From Azolla caroliniana (taxonomy: Eukaryota > Plantae > Polypodiophyta): a DNA stretch of 64,000 nt. Below are positions 26,556 to 37,348 of the stretch, in pieces. The notes beneath the pieces are model-generated. The model worked only from the letters and a program-made list of their open reading frames with translations, was not told where the DNA came from and did no database searches. Every line of letters starts with the position of its first letter. Within the stretch, counting starts at the first letter, position 1. The position numbers and the translations under genes are program-made. The stretch is taken from NCBI GenBank assembly GCA_043228905.1, contig JBHGNT010000004.1, positions 17,174,001 to 17,238,000 of the forward strand. Direction: 5' to 3'.

Positions 26556-26940
26556 TGTCGTGAAGATTTTCGGCAATAGTGTGAAAATCCCATAAAACGT
26601 ACGAAATCGAGTATTAATCACATAATACAATAATTGTGAAGATAACATTTTAAATAAATTTAATATCTAAGTACAAATGATGGAGGTTTCGAATGCACTT
26701 TATTACACGAGAAATGGACAACTAAATGTCAAGATATGAGGGTATAAAGTTTGTGAAAGGAAAAGAGAAAATTGTGAGATATCCCACATAGGCATGACAA
26801 ATACGGCTCTCATCATATATAAGGTAGAGCAAAAGATATTATCTTTGTGTCTATGTGTGGAGCATAGAGAGTTCAAGGTAACTTGAACTAAGAGTGGAGG
26901 TGGCCTAGCTACTTGTAAAGGGTTTTGGCCAACCAAAACC

Positions 26941-26994
26941 GGATTCGAACCTTGCACCTCCAAGTTAGGAGTCAATTGGCTTACCATTAAGCTA
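26941..26994 (-). promoter_or_regulatory. tRNA-like Pol III internal promoter (A box + B box) in LTR U3
   Basis: Minus strand reads TAGCTTAATGGTAAGC...GGTTCGAATCC. The D-stem GCTT/AAGC is intact and the A-to-B offset is 43 nt. Confidence 0.7.
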
Positions 26995-27198
26995 TGCCAT
27001 TTAGTTGAATTTATATTTCTATCATTGTATGTTTACATGTAAATTCTCATACATGAGAGCTAAAATGAGTGACATGCACCTCCAAGTTAGGAGTCAATTG
27101 GCTTACCATTAAGCTATGCCATTTAGTTGAATTTATATTTCTATCATTGTATGTTTACATGTAAATTCTCATACATGAGAGCTAAAATGAGTGACATG
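26953..27198. repeat. Exact 122-bp tandem duplication inside the LTR
   Basis: The unit TGCACCTCCAAG...GAGTGACA starts at 26953 and again at 27075. Confidence 0.92.
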
Positions 27199-28701
27199 GT
27201 TATCATGCACCACATGTAATACATAAATGCCAAATGGCAAACATGCAATTTATGCATGTCTTGTACCTTCACATGCATCATATGCATGAGAGCATCTATA
27301 AAAGAAGGAAGGGGGAGGAGAAAAAACACGTTTTTTTTTTGTTATGAAATTAAGAAGAAGAAATTCGTTATCAAATTGATCGTGTAACTTGTTTCTTAAA
27401 TCTAAAGTTAAAAGTTCAATCAATCTCTCTCAATCGTGTAATCTCAACTTCTCTCTTTCCCAATCTATCTTAAGTACTTTCTCGCCAAAGCTTGTACTGA
27501 CTTTGAATCCTTCTGGTCCAGAACCCTGGCGGTTCCGCCTCACGATCCGCGCGTAGTGACGGATCTTCACGACATAATTAAGTGGTGAACCCGACGTGAA
27601 AAAGGCGGTAGGAAGGATCAAGTCGAGATTAATACTTGGAGATGGCGTCCTCAAGCAACCAAGCGGGAGAGCTCGAAAGGATGATGCTAATCGTCGAGCA
27701 AATGATGAGATCTCGGGACAACGACGCGAGCGTGGAGAAGGCTGTCGATCGTGTCGTAGAGCTCGAGGGCCAATTCGATGGAAGGAATGTTACGAAGTTC
27801 CTTGATGCATATAGAAGGGAGATGAATCAAAGGGACGTGTCCGAGGCACGTCAAATCGCAAGCTTCAAGAGAGTTGTCGCCAACAACATCCAAAGACGCA
27901 TCATCGAGCTTCAAGAAGGTAAGACAACATGGTTCGAGTTCGAGAAAACGATACTAGCGGAGTTCGTGACTGAAGACTCAACGAGGATGACTCGACATGC
28001 CCTGATGAAGTGGATAGAGAAGAAGAATAAGAAGATGAGCGTCTCGAGGGTGTACGACGAATTCGACCAGATGTTTAGTCGTCTCCCCAATACGGACCAA
28101 GTGTTGCTTGAAGAGGACAAGACTTTGTACTTCTTGAAGGCCGTGGACATAAAGGATAGACGGGAGTTGGGGACTCTTCTCGAAGATGATACCCAAGCAA
28201 ATGGGCTCGTAGCGGATTGGATCGCGGTGAAGCGGGCATGCAATAGGCTCGACAAGCGTCACCAATGGGTTGATGACACCGACTTGACGGGACCGACTAC
28301 CACGGAGAAAGCAAGACCGCTAAAAGTAGCTGAGCCGCCAAGACAAAGTAACGTGGAAGAAAAGAAGATTGATGACGACATCATTGAAGAGCTAGCGAAG
28401 AAGTTCGAGAAGGTCACGCTAGCCAACATGAATCGTCGGGGCCCTAAAGGAAAAGAATGTTAAGCGTTGGGATAACAACACAACCAGTCACGAATAAGAA
28501 CGCATCAACAAGGACGTAGTACGAAGAGGAAACGGCAAGAGGAAAGGAAAGCAAAGAGACGGCCAAATGTGAAAGGCCCATACCCTAAACGTTGTCGTAG
28601 TGTATTTTGTACACTACGTGAAAAACGTATATAGTATTAGATTCAATAAAAAATGAAGAAATAGAAGAAAATAGCAAAATAAATGGAACATGCATAGGGC
28701 A

Positions 28702-28755
28702 AGATTCGAACCTTGCACCTCCATGTTAATAATGTAATGTCTTACCATTACACTA
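28702..28755 (-). promoter_or_regulatory. tRNA-like Pol III internal promoter in the 5' LTR U3
   Basis: Minus strand reads TAGTGTAATGGTAAGAC...GCAAGGTTCGAATCTTGC. T-arm-like hairpin GCAAG/CTTGC; A-to-B offset 43 nt. Confidence 0.68.
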
Positions 28756-29344
28756 GCATTTCATTAGTGTTAAAGTATAGATGTCCCACATAGAAAGGTA
28801 AATTCACGCTAGGATAAACATTAGAAAAACGCATAACAAAAGAAAAAGCTACACATACACATCTAGCGTGCATGATAAAAAACGCACAAGTTAGAAAAAA
28901 GCATGATCACTTTAGATAAAGCATATAGTCTATCTATAGGAAAAGCATGGGGTCTATAGTTAGAGAAAAAGCATGGATTACTAAGACTTCCTCATCACTA
29001 CATAAGGATGGGAAGCACAATGTAATTATGTGTGAAATATTTGGGAAATTGGATATATTTCCTAAAACACCAATTAACAAACTATACTCGTGGGATTCAC
29101 GAGATTTCTATATCTTTCTCTATCAATCTAAATACATATTCTTACATAAATATTAATCAATAAAATACATTATACTTGTGGGATTCACAAGTTTCTAATA
29201 ATCTACTCATAATTATAATAGTCTCAAATTCTTCCTCCTCCTAGTCCAAAACCCCAGTGGTTCCCACCCGACTCACGCAAACGATCCGGAGCCGAAAGGC
29301 ACGACACAGTTGGTGAACCCGACGTGAAGGCGGGTGGCAAGGAG

Positions 29345-31369
29345 ATGGAGAATCAACAAGAGGCAATGAGCATAACGATGATGATGATGTTCGAGCGGAT
29401 GCTACAAGAACAACGAGCGATGTCGGAGATGAAGGCGGCAGTAGAGCGGCTTCTGCGACGAAACGGGGAATTCAACGGTAAGGGTGTGTCATGCTACCTA
29501 CGTGAATATAAGGCGGAGATGATGCAATATCGGATACCGGAAGGATTGCAAGTGATATCCTTTAGTCGGGTGGCCTCGGACGAACTACAAGAGAGAATCC
29601 ACAAGATACAACAACAAAACTCGACATGGGAGTCCTTTGAAGAAGCTTTACGGGAGGCATATGACTATGAGAGATGGACGGGACGAGATCGACGAGAATT
29701 CGACGAATGGGTGGCGTCGGAGAAGACTCACCGAAGTGCAACGCAAGCGTTCCTAGAGTTCGAGCATCGTTTTGCTCGACTCTCGGAGCGGGAACGACGA
29801 TTGGTGGGAGAAGATAAAGTCCTAATGTTCGTAAAATCGATCGATCGAAAAGAAAGGATGGACATCGGGATCGAACTCGAAGACGATGAAGGTACAAATG
29901 GTCTTACCGAGGATTGGGCTAAAGTCGAAAGGGTATGCCGAAGACATGATGAAAGGAAGCTGAGAATCTCGTCAACAACGACATGGCCCATGAAGGATGG
30001 TCGATTGAGGAAAAACGATGAAGCCAATATGAAGGCCGAAATACAACATGATGGTACCACGGGAGAAAGAGTGGAACAAGACACCCACTCGTCTTGTGAA
30101 AGAACGATGGCGAAGGATAAGGCCGATAATTCAAGTGTAGAAGGAAATTTCGGGATACAAGTGCCCGAGACATCGGGTCAAAAAGGGGTAAGCATAATAG
30201 ATGTTTGCATAATTGATGCAGATAAAGAGTGTGAAGCGGATGTGATTAAGGAGGTAGCCACAAAAGACGAAATCGAATCGGAGGTGGCTATGGACGAATC
30301 AATGGCGGATTGCCATATCGAGACTTCCCCACCACTGATTCCAGAGACTCCGGCGGTTGCGATCGAAAGGCAATGTGAGACCGAAGAGACGGAAGGTGGC
30401 GGAGAGAAAATGAATGTTGAAGCCGACGAATACGATGAAGAGATAGCCGAGAAGAATGCTAAGGGTGAAACTACGAAAGAAGGTAATACCGAGGATTCAT
30501 GCCAACAATATCTAGAGACTTCGGCGGTTGTGTCCGAGAACCAACGTGAGACCGGAGAGACGGGAGATGGCGGCGAGGAAGGTAAAGTCGGAAGTCGGTT
30601 CGGATGGAAAATGATCCATCCGAAATTCCAATCTAAAAGAAAGTGCGACAATGCGGAGGTCGGGTCTACGACGGGAGAAGCGCGTAATACAGAGCACGCT
30701 CTACGGAGAATAAAGAAATGCGTGTTATGGCGAATAAAGAAGCACGCGCTACGGCGAGAAAAGAAGCATGCATTACAACCACACGAGGACCGAACAACGA
30801 GCACATATCGGAGGACCTACGTAGCGAACAACGAAAAGAAGTGCCGAAAGTCGAACCGGACAAGGCAGGTGAAAACGAAGAAAAGAAAGCAAATCCGGAC
30901 GAAAAGAAAAGAAAAGAAACCGACCCGAAAGAGCACTGAATCGGTAAAAACCGATCAACCGAGTCCGGATCGACCGAATACAAATCGGAAAGGAAGCCGA
31001 ACTAAACGAAAGACGATCCGACGAGACCGAATCGGAAGTAAGCTAATCCGACTAAACCGAAAATCCGAAAAGAAGTCGAGATTGATGAAGAAAAGAAAGA
31101 GGGCAAGAAAAGATACTACCGCGGATGACAAGGACCAAGCGGGCCATGCAAAAAGCGAACGAAGACTATGGTGGATCGGATGTCGACAATGGTTCGGGTG
31201 GAAAGAATGGATGTGCTCCAAATGGAGAGACAAAGTCAATATAACAAGAGAAGTCGAGGGTACTACGAGCCGGCAACGAAACCAATCGGGTAGAGACCAG
31301 ATGGAGGAGACTAACAAACACCAACAACTTCGGCACATACCGGAGGATGTGCGGGTTTGGAGGGGGTGA
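29345..31369 (+). CDS. Gag-like protein with long acidic then Lys/Arg-rich extension (674 aa from ATG 29345)
   Basis: Uninterrupted ORF filling the whole internal region. The N-terminal ~210 aa align with the other two Trp-primed Gags (GEFNGKGVSCYLREYKAEM, VLMFVKSIDRKER, GLTEDWAKVERVC). Confidence 0.85.
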   Translation: MENQQEAMSITMMMMFERMLQEQRAMSEMKAAVERLLRRNGEFNGKGVSCYLREYKAEMMQYRIPEGLQVISFSRVASDELQERIHKIQQQNSTWESFEEALREAYDYERWTGRDRREFDEWVASEKTHRSATQAFLEFEHRFARLSERERRLVGEDKVLMFVKSIDRKERMDIGIELEDDEGTNGLTEDWAKVERVCRRHDERKLRISSTTTWPMKDGRLRKNDEANMKAEIQHDGTTGERVEQDTHSSCERTMAKDKADNSSVEGNFGIQVPETSGQKGVSIIDVCIIDADKECEADVIKEVATKDEIESEVAMDESMADCHIETSPPLIPETPAVAIERQCETEETEGGGEKMNVEADEYDEEIAEKNAKGETTKEGNTEDSCQQYLETSAVVSENQRETGETGDGGEEGKVGSRFGWKMIHPKFQSKRKCDNAEVGSTTGEARNTEHALRRIKKCVLWRIKKHALRREKKHALQPHEDRTTSTYRRTYVANNEKKCRKSNRTRQVKTKKRKQIRTKRKEKKPTRKSTESVKTDQPSPDRPNTNRKGSRTKRKTIRRDRIGSKLIRLNRKSEKKSRLMKKRKRARKDTTADDKDQAGHAKSERRLWWIGCRQWFGWKEWMCSKWRDKVNITREVEGTTSRQRNQSGRDQMEETNKHQQLRHIPEDVRVWRG

Positions 31370-31479
31370 GTGTCGTAGTGTATTTTGTACACTACGTGAA
31401 AAACGTATATAGTATTAGATTCAATAAAAAATGAAGAAATAGAAGAAAATAGCAAAATAAATGGAACATGCATAGGGCA

Positions 31480-31533
31480 AGATTCGAACCTTGCACCTCC
31501 ATGTTAATAATGTAATGTCTTACCATTACACTA
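31480..31533 (-). promoter_or_regulatory. tRNA-like Pol III internal promoter, 3' LTR copy
   Basis: Identical to 28702-28755. Confidence 0.68.
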
Positions 31534-32631
31534 GCATTTCATTAGTGTTAAAGCATAGATGTCCCACATAGAAAGGTAAATTCACGCTAGGATAAACATT
31601 AGAAAAACGCATAACAAAAGAAAAAGCTACACATACACATCTAGCGTGCATGATAAAAAACGCACAAGTTAGAAAAAAGCATGATCACTTTAGATAAAGC
31701 ATATAGTCTATCTATAGGAAAAGCATGGGGTCTATAGTTAGAGAAAAAGCATGGATTACTAAGACTTCCTCATCACTACATAAGGATGGGAAGCACAATG
31801 TAATTATGTGTGAAATATTTGGGAAATTGGATATATTTCCTAAAACACCAATTAACAAACTATACTCGTGGGATTCACGAGATTTCTATATCTTTCTCTA
31901 TCAATCTAAATACATATTCTTACATAAATATTAATCAATAAAATACATTATACTTGTGGGATTCACAAGTTTCTAATAATCTACTCATAATTATAATAGT
32001 CTCAAATTCTTCCTCCTCCTAGTCCAAAACCCCAGTGGTTCCCACCCGACTCACGCAAACGATCCGGAGCCGAAAGGCACGACAACGTGAAAGCTATATA
32101 AACCACATAGTAGTGGCTTTGTGGGGGTTCTCCCATTTGTAAAGATCTCCTATTGATTAGAGCTAGAGCTTCCTCTCCTCCTTCTTGTAACCTTTGAGCT
32201 TAAGAGAGATTAGTGAAGTGTTGAGTTAGAGAACACTAATCTCTCTCCTTGTTGGTGCTAGACCTCTTAGCAAAGAGGGTTAATAATAGACATACTCTTT
32301 CTTCTTATTGTCTATATCTATTAATCTATTGTCTATAAGAGAGAGCTTGAGAGAGTGAGAGAGATATCGTGTTTAATCATTTACTAATCGTTGAGTGAGT
32401 GTGAGGCTCGGAGGTATCCGACAACCATCTCCGCCCGATTCGCCATCAAGAGGGTATACGACGGTCCGAATCCCGCCACGACATCGAGGAGCTTACTCCA
32501 TCGATACATAGATCCTTAACATCTATTTGGCGCCGCTGCCGAGGATACGATCAACGCTTGAAGCCCATTTTTGAGTGGTCAAAAACTCGGAGGCAAACCA
32601 CTCAACGAAGGAAGAAATCGCAAGAGAACCA

Positions 32632-32970
32632 CCATTTTCTGTTTTTCATCATTTCAAAGTTGAATTAAGTCCCATTTTCTGTTTTTTCATCATTTCATAG
32701 TTGAATTAAGTCCCATTTTCTGTTTTTTCATCATTTCATAGTTTAATTAAGTCCCATTTTCTGTTTTTTTCATCATTTCATAGTTTAATTAAGTCCCATT
32801 TTCTGTTTTTTCATCGTTTCATAGTTTAATTAAGTCCCATTTTCTGTTTTTTCATCGTTTCATAGTTTAATTAAGTCCCATTTTCTGTTTTTTCATCGTT
32901 TCATAGTTTAATTAAGTCCCATTTTCTGTTTTTTCATCGTTTCATAGTTTAATTAAGTCCCATTTTCTGA
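32632..32970. repeat. Tandem array of 8 copies plus a partial copy of a ~41-bp AT-rich unit
   Basis: Unit CCATTTTCTGTTTTTTCATCrTTTCATAGTTTAATTAAGTC, starting at 32632, 32672, 32713, 32754, 32796, 32837, 32878, 32919 and 32960. Confidence 0.95.
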
Positions 32971-33121
32971 TTTTTAGCTCGGTTAACATTAAACATTGTG
33001 GAGGTTTAGGCCGTTACGGGGCAAGCATAATCACCGTGAGTCTCGCGGCTTACGATCACTCCACGGGTCACAAAGCGACCGTTGGCGCCAAAAAGTTTGA
33101 ATTTCCCACGCAAAGCTCGTC

Positions 33122-33413
33122 GAAGATTCAACCTTCGACGAAGATTCATCCTTTGACGAACATTCAACCTTCGACGAAGGTTCATCCTCCGACGAAGGTT
33201 CATGCTTCGACGAAGATTCAACCTTCGACGAAGGTTCAACCTCCGACGAAGGTTCATCCTGCGACGAATCTTCAACCTGCGACGAAGATTCAACCTGCGA
33301 TGAAGGTTCAACCTCCGACGAACATTCATCCTCCGACGAAGATTCAACCTGCGATGAATCTTCAACCTACGACGAAGACTCATCCTTCGACGAAGATTCA
33401 CCCTTCGATGAAC
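33122..33413. repeat. Tandem array of 16 x 18 bp, followed by an A-rich tract (33418-33458)
   Basis: Unit GAAnnTTCAwCCTnCGAy with an exact 18-nt period. Confidence 0.95.
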
Positions 33414-34039
33414 TTATAAAAAAAAAAAAGAAAAAAAAAAGAAAAAAAAAAGAAAAAAGCTTGACCAGAAAACATGGCTGGATCCTCATGGACAAAAATG
33501 CTCAAAACCCGACCTGCACGCCTGGAAGAGTCCACGCAAACCGACCAAACCCACGATGCTGGCCCGCCTAACCCGACTCAGTACCACGGAGGGTGGCTAA
33601 CTCCGGGGATACTACCAAACATGAACCTCCCATCGAGCCCAGGAACTAAAGCACTTCTCAACACACCCCCACTACAGGAGAGCCCAATGGCAAACCCACT
33701 CAGTGTAGAACGACATATACGAGACGCAGCAAGTGATAGAACACGAAATCAATCTATGGACGGTACAACTTGCGAAAGGAGGACAACCGGAAAGCACCAC
33801 TCGAGATATCGAAGCTGCTTTGGCCGAAAGGAAGGATAGATTCGCACGAGTGCAACAAAAACTTCACCGCCTAGAAACATCGTCGCACATACACCGCCGA
33901 AGTCAGGAGCACAGCCCTGTACCGTGTTTGAGCACAACGGGCGATAGCCCGAACGAAACCCACGCACAACGACACCCGGCACCACCATGCATGGGCACAA
34001 TCCCTACACCTGACCAAGCTACCCCTACACCTCCAAACG

Positions 34040-34229
34040 CCGAACTCGCACTAGCGCTATCTGTGTCCATTCGTGTCTTCTGCGTTGATAGGGCCGTGTC
34101 CTTGAGTTTCTTTGCTCATACGTAACCGAGCGTCTCTCTCTTTCTCTTTCCCCTTCTATCACCTGCTCTTTGGTTCAAGACCCCGGTGGTCCCGCCTCGT
34201 TCTCCACGCACGCGCGTAGCAACGCGACA
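34040..34229 (+). mobile_element. Truncated LTR 3' end of the Trp-primed gypsy lineage
   Basis: ...GGTTCAAGACCCCGGTGGTCCCGCCTCGTTCTCCACGCACGCGCGTAGCAACGCGACA matches the U5 end of the 36082/43115 LTRs and is followed by CCGT. Left boundary approximate. Confidence 0.8.
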
Positions 34230-35087
34230 CCGTTTCGTTTGCTTCTTGTTTGAGGGCGAAAAGTTGGTCAATCGGGTTCCATTTATTCCCTCGACGAGCG
34301 AAGTTTATCAAGAAATCCTCGATGACGTACTCGAAATCGGCGACGATGTCTTCATTCAAGGTTCGAAACCAAATGTCGGCTTGGTCGTCAAGTGTGAGTC
34401 CAAACGTAGCTACCTTGGTGATCTCTGTGAGGGGTTCATAAGCGCGGCAAATCTGTTTGAACCTCTCGACATGGTCATAGGCATCGCCGAAACTGAGGAA
34501 ACGGGGTACTAGTTTAGAAATGGAAGCACTCTTCCCACCAGTTCATCTTTGGCAGTCGCTGCGTCTTGCTTGAGCTTGGCTTTCACGATTTCAAACGATG
34601 CGGTTATCCCGACAAGCTTTTCCTCCATTTCCTTCGTATGTAGGTCGTAGCATCGAAGGAGTCGATCCGAATTCACAACTAACTCCTATAGATACCGTTC
34701 TTGTTCCCGTTCCCGGTCCTGTGCCACGGAGGTTTGTAGTTGGTGGAGGGACTCTAACAATCTATATTTGTCCCGTACCGCTTCTTCCAACATTTCAAGT
34801 TGTCCGCTACACCTTTCCTAGAGTTCCGTGTGCTTGTTTTGGAGACTGATGAGTTGTTCGTTTGTAATGGTCACAACACATTGGTATCCTTCCTCAATGT
34901 CATGTATTTTGGCTGCAAAAGCCTCGTTTGCTACCCTAAGAGCCAACACGACATTTTCTTTAGTTTCTCGAAGCTTGGCTATCTGTGCGTCGAACCGTTC
35001 TTGGAGTTCGGCTTCGTGTTTTGTTGCCTGCTCCCGGATTTGGTCGGCTTCTACTTTGGTAGCTTCATAGCACTCTTTTGCTTTAGT
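34230..35087 (-). pseudogene. Gag fragment of another gypsy family (coiled coil + Retrotrans_gag-like domain)
   Basis: Manual translation gives PRFLSFGDAYDHVERFKQIC..KVATFGLTLDDQADIWFRTL..FLINF..QLFALKQEANETV, with in-frame stops upstream. Confidence 0.75.
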
Positions 35088-37348
35088 TCCCCAACAGCGA
35101 ATCCAACGGGCATTCCCCGGCCGGGCCCGAGAACATAACCTCCATCCCTACCCTGAACACCAAAAGAGCCGAAGAGCAGCCGGTTGAAATTCCTCCCACA
35201 GCCACCAAGCAGCAAGCCCAGCAAACCAACCCATTCTGGTCGTTACCTCAAGAAACCCCACAGGAGGAAAATAGAACTGAAGAATCTACAAGCGAAACGA
35301 TTGCAGCAATGACGTTGACAGAACCACCTGCACTCGAGGTCCCTACCGTCGACACAACTGAATTGGCTCCAAATGAGCCGAACATTTTGCATATTTTTTA
35401 CGAAGCCTAATCGGCCCATGGGTTCGACTGAGCATGCACTGTCCCACAGGCCTCCCATGTGTTGGCCGGTTCGAACAACCAAGTGTGAAAAGGATATGAA
35501 ACGACTACGGTTACGAATCCTAATTAGCCCATGGGTTTGATCATGCATTCACTGTCCCACAGGCGCGCCATGTGTTGGCCGGTTCGAACAACCAAGTGTG
35601 AAAAGGCTATGAAACGATTATGGGCCAAACTGAAGACGGGTGGGGTCGAGCAAGCAGTAAAGAAAGCCGAACTTAAAATGGAAATATTTATTATTAGTAG
35701 GAGTGGTTCACGCTTTGTTCGTAACCGCCCATGATCCCTATAAAAAGGGACATGGAAAGCATGTAAAGTTTAATCCAAATAGTGTTGTATCAAGTGTTCT
35801 TTTGCTAATAGAAATCTCATTGCTCATATTCTGTCTTTGTTTTCTGTGTCAAGTTTTATCTGTGTTGGGTTTCCCTATGTACTCTGTGTATCGTATACAT
35901 GACCGATCCGTTGTAGCCAGTTCAAGTTCAGTCTCCACAATCAGAGCAACTCGATTCATACGTGTGTCGCTCGCGATTGAAACTCACTAAGCGACCCGAC
36001 AATACTTCCCTTCCCCGACCACAAAACCTTGAGTCGGATACCAAAGGAACGAGTATCGGAAACCATGTTACCTTAAGCCAGTGTCGCGTTGTTACGCGCA
36101 TGCGTGTAGAAAGAGGCGGGACCACGGGGGCCTTGAACCGAGGAGCGAGAGAGAGAGAGAAGAGAAGAGAAGAGAAGACTTGCAGATACGCAAAAGGGAG
36201 AAGGAAAGAGAAAGAAACGACACACTTGATTACAGTAACAGTCGATTACAATATCCAAAGATTGCAAACTCTAACGATTACAACCGGCAAGGCGGCGATG
36301 AACCCCACACGGGGATCCTACTCACGCACACAAACAGAACACACTCGACTCAAAGAAACAAAAAGGGGAGAGCCTCTGTTGGAAGCACACGGGTTGTCAA
36401 CGAAGCAGAGGCAACGAACTCCTGACACCCACAAAGACCGACGATCGGAGGAGAAGAGAGAGCTCGGCACTCAGTTCTGCAGCAGCACTTCGTCCTCGCC
36501 AATGCGCACCCTCCTTTCTTCCTTCTCTGCCTCCTTAAATAGTTCACAAAAGGGGGACCGTTCTTCCCTAGTCAAATCTCTTTATTCCCTGTCCCTTTTG
36601 ACAGAGATACGCACCAATCTTCTAGTAATAAATATGTACTACCTAGTATTTACATCAGCCGACCTAATTATGAATTATGGCCACAATATCAATTCTCGCG
36701 TCCACCTATGTGAGCGCCGGTTCATGCTCCTTTTTCTCCAATTCCGCCTATGGCCGATTTTCTTCACGACATCAACCCCCACCAAACCGCGCATCCACCG
36801 GCATGCGCCAGAGACGGGTAGATACCGAAGAAAACTGGCTTCACTCGTCGCTCTCCGATTCTTCGCCGGGCCCGAACCGATCGTCGTCGTCGCTCTCGCT
36901 CGCCGGCTCCGGCTCGTCTTCGAACTGGTTCTTGAACACTTTGATCCGCTTCCCAGCCACTGGTACCGCTAACCATGTCCCGTCGAGTTCTGCGAGGTGG
37001 TACGTGTCGTTGTCGTTCGCGCTCGTCACCGTGTAGGGCCCGAACCATCTCCTAGCGAACTTTCGCACCGCCTTGTGCTGATTGTCGAGGTTGTTGTCGT
37101 ATACCAAGACCCAGTCGCCTTCCTCGACCTTCTTTGGTCACAACCGGTGCGTCCGGTTGAACCGGGTCTTGTTCCGCTCCCTTGCCACCCGTAGCTTTTC
37201 CTTTGCTCGTTTCATGTCCTCCGGCCTCCGCTCGAGCTGCCGAATCCACTCCGCCAGCAACTCCTCCCGACTTATCTTGTCCTTCCAATCTACCGCCGCC
37301 CACGAAGAAACCATATGTTCCACCGGCATGATCGGCTTCTGTCCATAC

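Larger units (their letters stand above)
26556..28457 (+). mobile_element. 5' part of a tRNA-Trp-primed Ty3/gypsy element: LTR 26556-27574, PBS 27583-27599, gag 27636-28457
   Basis: 11-bp terminal inverted repeat TGTCGTGAAGA/TCTTCACGACA; PBS TGGTGAACCCGACGTGA. Gag (GQFDGRNVTKFLDAY, LYFLKAVDIKDR, DWIAVKRAC) is homologous to those at 29345 and 43097 and is cut by the insertion at 28458. Confidence 0.9.
28593..32084 (+). mobile_element. Intact non-autonomous Gag-only LTR element (TR-GAG-like), 3492 bp
   Basis: 714-bp LTRs (28593-29306, 31371-32084) with one difference found by eye. 4-bp TSD ACGT; Trp-type PBS 29311-29327; PPT GGAGGGGGTGAG 31359-31370. Single ORF with no PR/RT/RH/IN motifs. Confidence 0.95.
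28458..34035 (+). mobile_element. 5' part of an Athila-like (tRNA-Asp-type PBS) gypsy element: split LTR 28458-28592 + 32089-32521, PBS 32528-32545, repeat-rich leader, first ORF from 33474
   Basis: TGTTAAG/CTTAACA termini; TATATAA near 32095; TGGCGCCGCTGCCGAGGA follows the LTR. The right boundary is approximate (truncated). Confidence 0.78.

Noticed and set aside
26930-27001. Functional tRNA genes at the LTR cassettes (also 28702, 31480, 42494)
   Set aside because: No acceptor stem, and poor anticodon stems; only the promoter boxes and parts of the D/T arms are retained.
32632-33413. CRISPR-like arrays
   Set aside because: Head-to-tail repeats with no unique spacers, no cas genes, and a eukaryotic retrotransposon context.
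33006-33419. Arg-rich 131-aa and KIQPST-repeat 127-aa ORFs as genes
   Set aside because: By-products of a stop-free 18-bp tandem repeat.
26556-34229. LTRs at 26556 and 34040-34229 as the two ends of one insertion
   Set aside because: The U5 sequences differ, the flanks differ (GCGT vs CCGT), and the hosts on each side are different elements.
36690-36732. Pol III cassette in the 36082/43115 LTRs (GGTTCATGCTCC)
   Set aside because: Weak B-box match and no convincing A box at tRNA spacing.
35962-36972. 336-aa plus-strand ORF and its counterpart at 43043-43639
   Set aside because: Antisense read-through of LTR sequence crossing insertion junctions; the second LTR copy has a stop; no recognisable domain.
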